64,000 bases of DNA from Octopus sinensis (Eukaryota), in assembly GCF_006345805.1 (NCBI RefSeq), contig NC_043009.1, forward strand, positions 12,152,001 to 12,216,000, in the 5' to 3' direction. Below, one piece after another: positions 61,875-64,000 of the stretch. The notes under the pieces were generated by a model. It had not been told where the DNA came from and ran no database searches. It saw only the letters and a list, made by a program, of their open reading frames with translations. A program made the translations under genes and the position numbers. How positions within the stretch are numbered: the first letter of the stretch is position 1; the number at the start of each line of letters is the position of its first letter.

Positions 61875-63158
61875 TAATATGCACGTGTACATAAGATTGT
61901 ATGGCCAGTGACCCATTTGAGTTCAGCAGTAGCTCTTTGATATAATATGATATCATGTGTGTTACAAGCAAATATACAAACAAACAATCAGAAATGGGGC
62001 CATTACCAAAAGCAGTTGCTGACCCCTTAAATCAATCTTTGTCATCTGAGAAAGAATTAAGATGGTCTCGGCTGGCGCACATTTGATCTTCGATCGGCTC
62101 TATCAGGGCTAACCTGGAGCCAGTTAGCGACTACCACACTATCTCCGATTGACTGTTGAGGATGTGTGATATTTTTAGAATCAGTCAGAAATCTATGGAA
62201 GAAGAACCGAAGAGTTCTTGGAACGAGCAAGTTGACTTTGCAGTTTGTGCACATTTTCCCACGTTCGCACAACTTAACATTTGATAGCATGTTCTTATTT
62301 TCATGAATCTAGCTGGTGGTAGTGTGTAACTTCAGAGGAGAAGATACCCGCCGACCAGGAAAAAAACTGGTCCAAATATTTGAAATATTGTGGACTTCAT
62401 TAAAAGCACTTAATGGCTAAGTGGTGGTGTTAAACAGCGTCAAGGATTACGTATCATAATGTGTATGGTTCATACGACAGTTTCTGTCTACTCACTTTCA
62501 CTTAGTTCGACCTGAGTTTCTTACAGGTACATATTGCACTCAACGGTACCATTGTTTTTGTGACCTATAGCTCATCGTTCTAGTTTATAAAATAAAAAAA
62601 AAACAATAATAGTTTTAATAATAATCCTACCGTCCGTTGGCGTATATTTTACGTCATAGCTTATACTATTTTATAGATTTGGAAGACAATTCAAAACTCC
62701 TTATAAAGCCTGTTATTTATTGCAAGTAAAATGAGGAGATAAAACTTGAAGGCTAATTAGGCAGGTACCTTAATTTACCTTAATAGAATATATTATCGCT
62801 GAACCAGTCTTTTGCTAATTACCGAAACAAATGATGTTGCTAATTGACTGAAAACATGCGCCAATTCGTTCTACGATGGAACTCTTGTAATTTGATCGGT
62901 GAAAATTATCTTTGGATCAGAAGAAAACTTCTCTTTTTTTAGACAAATATAAAAAAAATATAAAAAGAACAAAATAGCACTTCTCACACGTATACCTGAT
63001 AACGCGTGGTTTTAAGTTTGTTTATTTTCTGCGATGATGTGTATACGTGTCTGAAAGAGAAAGATAGTTACGTATTATTTTTTCCTATAATTCTATGAAT
63101 ATCACAAACTAACACGTGTGTGTATGTGTTCATGTAAGACACACGTATGTATGAACGT

Positions 63159-63219
<61 letters not shown>

Positions 63220-63223
<4 letters not shown>

Positions 63224-63255
63224 CAATACATCCCGGTGTTGCCCGGGTGTTACGA
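63220..63255 (-). mobile_element. Isolated Helitron 3' terminus
   Basis: Minus strand cccgggcaacaccggg-atgtattg-CTAG|T, next to (CA)n at about 63160-63220. Confidence 0.7.
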
Positions 63256-63285
63256 CCTACAGCACATGGTATTATTTGTTCCTTT

Positions 63286-63495
63286 GAAGGCGTCGAGCTG
63301 ACAGAAACGTTAGCACGCCGGGCGAAATGCTTAGCGGTATTTCGTCTGCCGTTGCGTTCTGAGTTCAAATTCCGCCGAGGTCCACTTTGCCTTTCATCGA
63401 TAAATTAAGTACCAGTCGATGTAATCGACTTAATCCATCTGTCTGTCCTTGTTTGTCCTCTCTATGTTTAGCCCCTTGTGGATAGTAAAGAAATA
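63286..63495 (+). mobile_element. SINE-A with internal deletions and 18-bp TSD
   Basis: ggtattatttg(t/a)tccttt at 63268-85 and 63496-513. Confidence 0.93.
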
Positions 63496-64000
63496 GGTAT
63501 TATTTGATCCTTTCTCATGGGTAGAATCAGCACAGCTGATATATAGTGAACTGGATTACTGGCGTAATGGAAATTATTGTTTGTTTGAAAGTGAAGGGAT
63601 GGGAGGAGGGGACAATTTGCATGGGTTTGCATGAAAGTGCTTTCTGTTCTTAAGAAGGATCACAAACTATCTATTGTTTCATCGTATAAAAGCTGGTTAA
63701 TAAGATTTTGTTCAGAAATCACGTTTGCAAAATTTTAATCTCCTTCAATCCTCACCGCAGTTTCTCAATTTATGTTTTTTCGAATCTTTTTTTTATTCAC
63801 GTAGATTATGAAACCGGAAAATATATATATTTTATTTAAAGTTTAATTCATCTTAAAGAAACACTCGATGCTCCTGCCACCACCTCGCCCACCCATCACC
63901 TACCCGCTTTGAAAAAGCTAAAATCTCCCTATGTTTCACTTTCGTCTGATGTTTCAGGCATGCGTAGAATTGTACTGAAATAGCAGACGTAAAACATACC

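Overview
AT-rich, repeat-saturated eukaryotic DNA, most likely from an octopus. That assignment rests on recognising the tRNA-derived SINE families and the dense (TA)n/(CA)n/(AAT)n microsatellites; no database search was run. I could not identify any host protein-coding gene, and there is no rRNA, genuine tRNA or CRISPR array. A few GC-richer islands are weak exon candidates. The window is mostly transposon debris. It holds about 35 SINE copies from four modular families. LINEs include RTE, CR1/L2-like and L1/Tx1-like fragments, plus three R4/Dong-type elements, one with an unbroken 943-codon RT-zinc knuckle-REL frame at 53232-56063 that ends in (TAA)n. DNA elements include four mariner relics, a piggyBac relic, Helitron pieces and a family of GGATC-ended, 8-bp-TSD miniature elements carrying TTAGGG tracts. 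The best leads are: (1) one SINE family forms head-to-tail arrays at independent loci with the same nucleotide junction, consistent with self-targeted insertion; (2) Merlin-like MITEs carry telomere-type repeats; (3) the near-intact Dong-like LINE; (4) a young 177-bp inverted duplication inside an old LINE; (5) a palindromic element with a decayed hammerhead-ribozyme-like core. SINE-A to SINE-D are my working labels.
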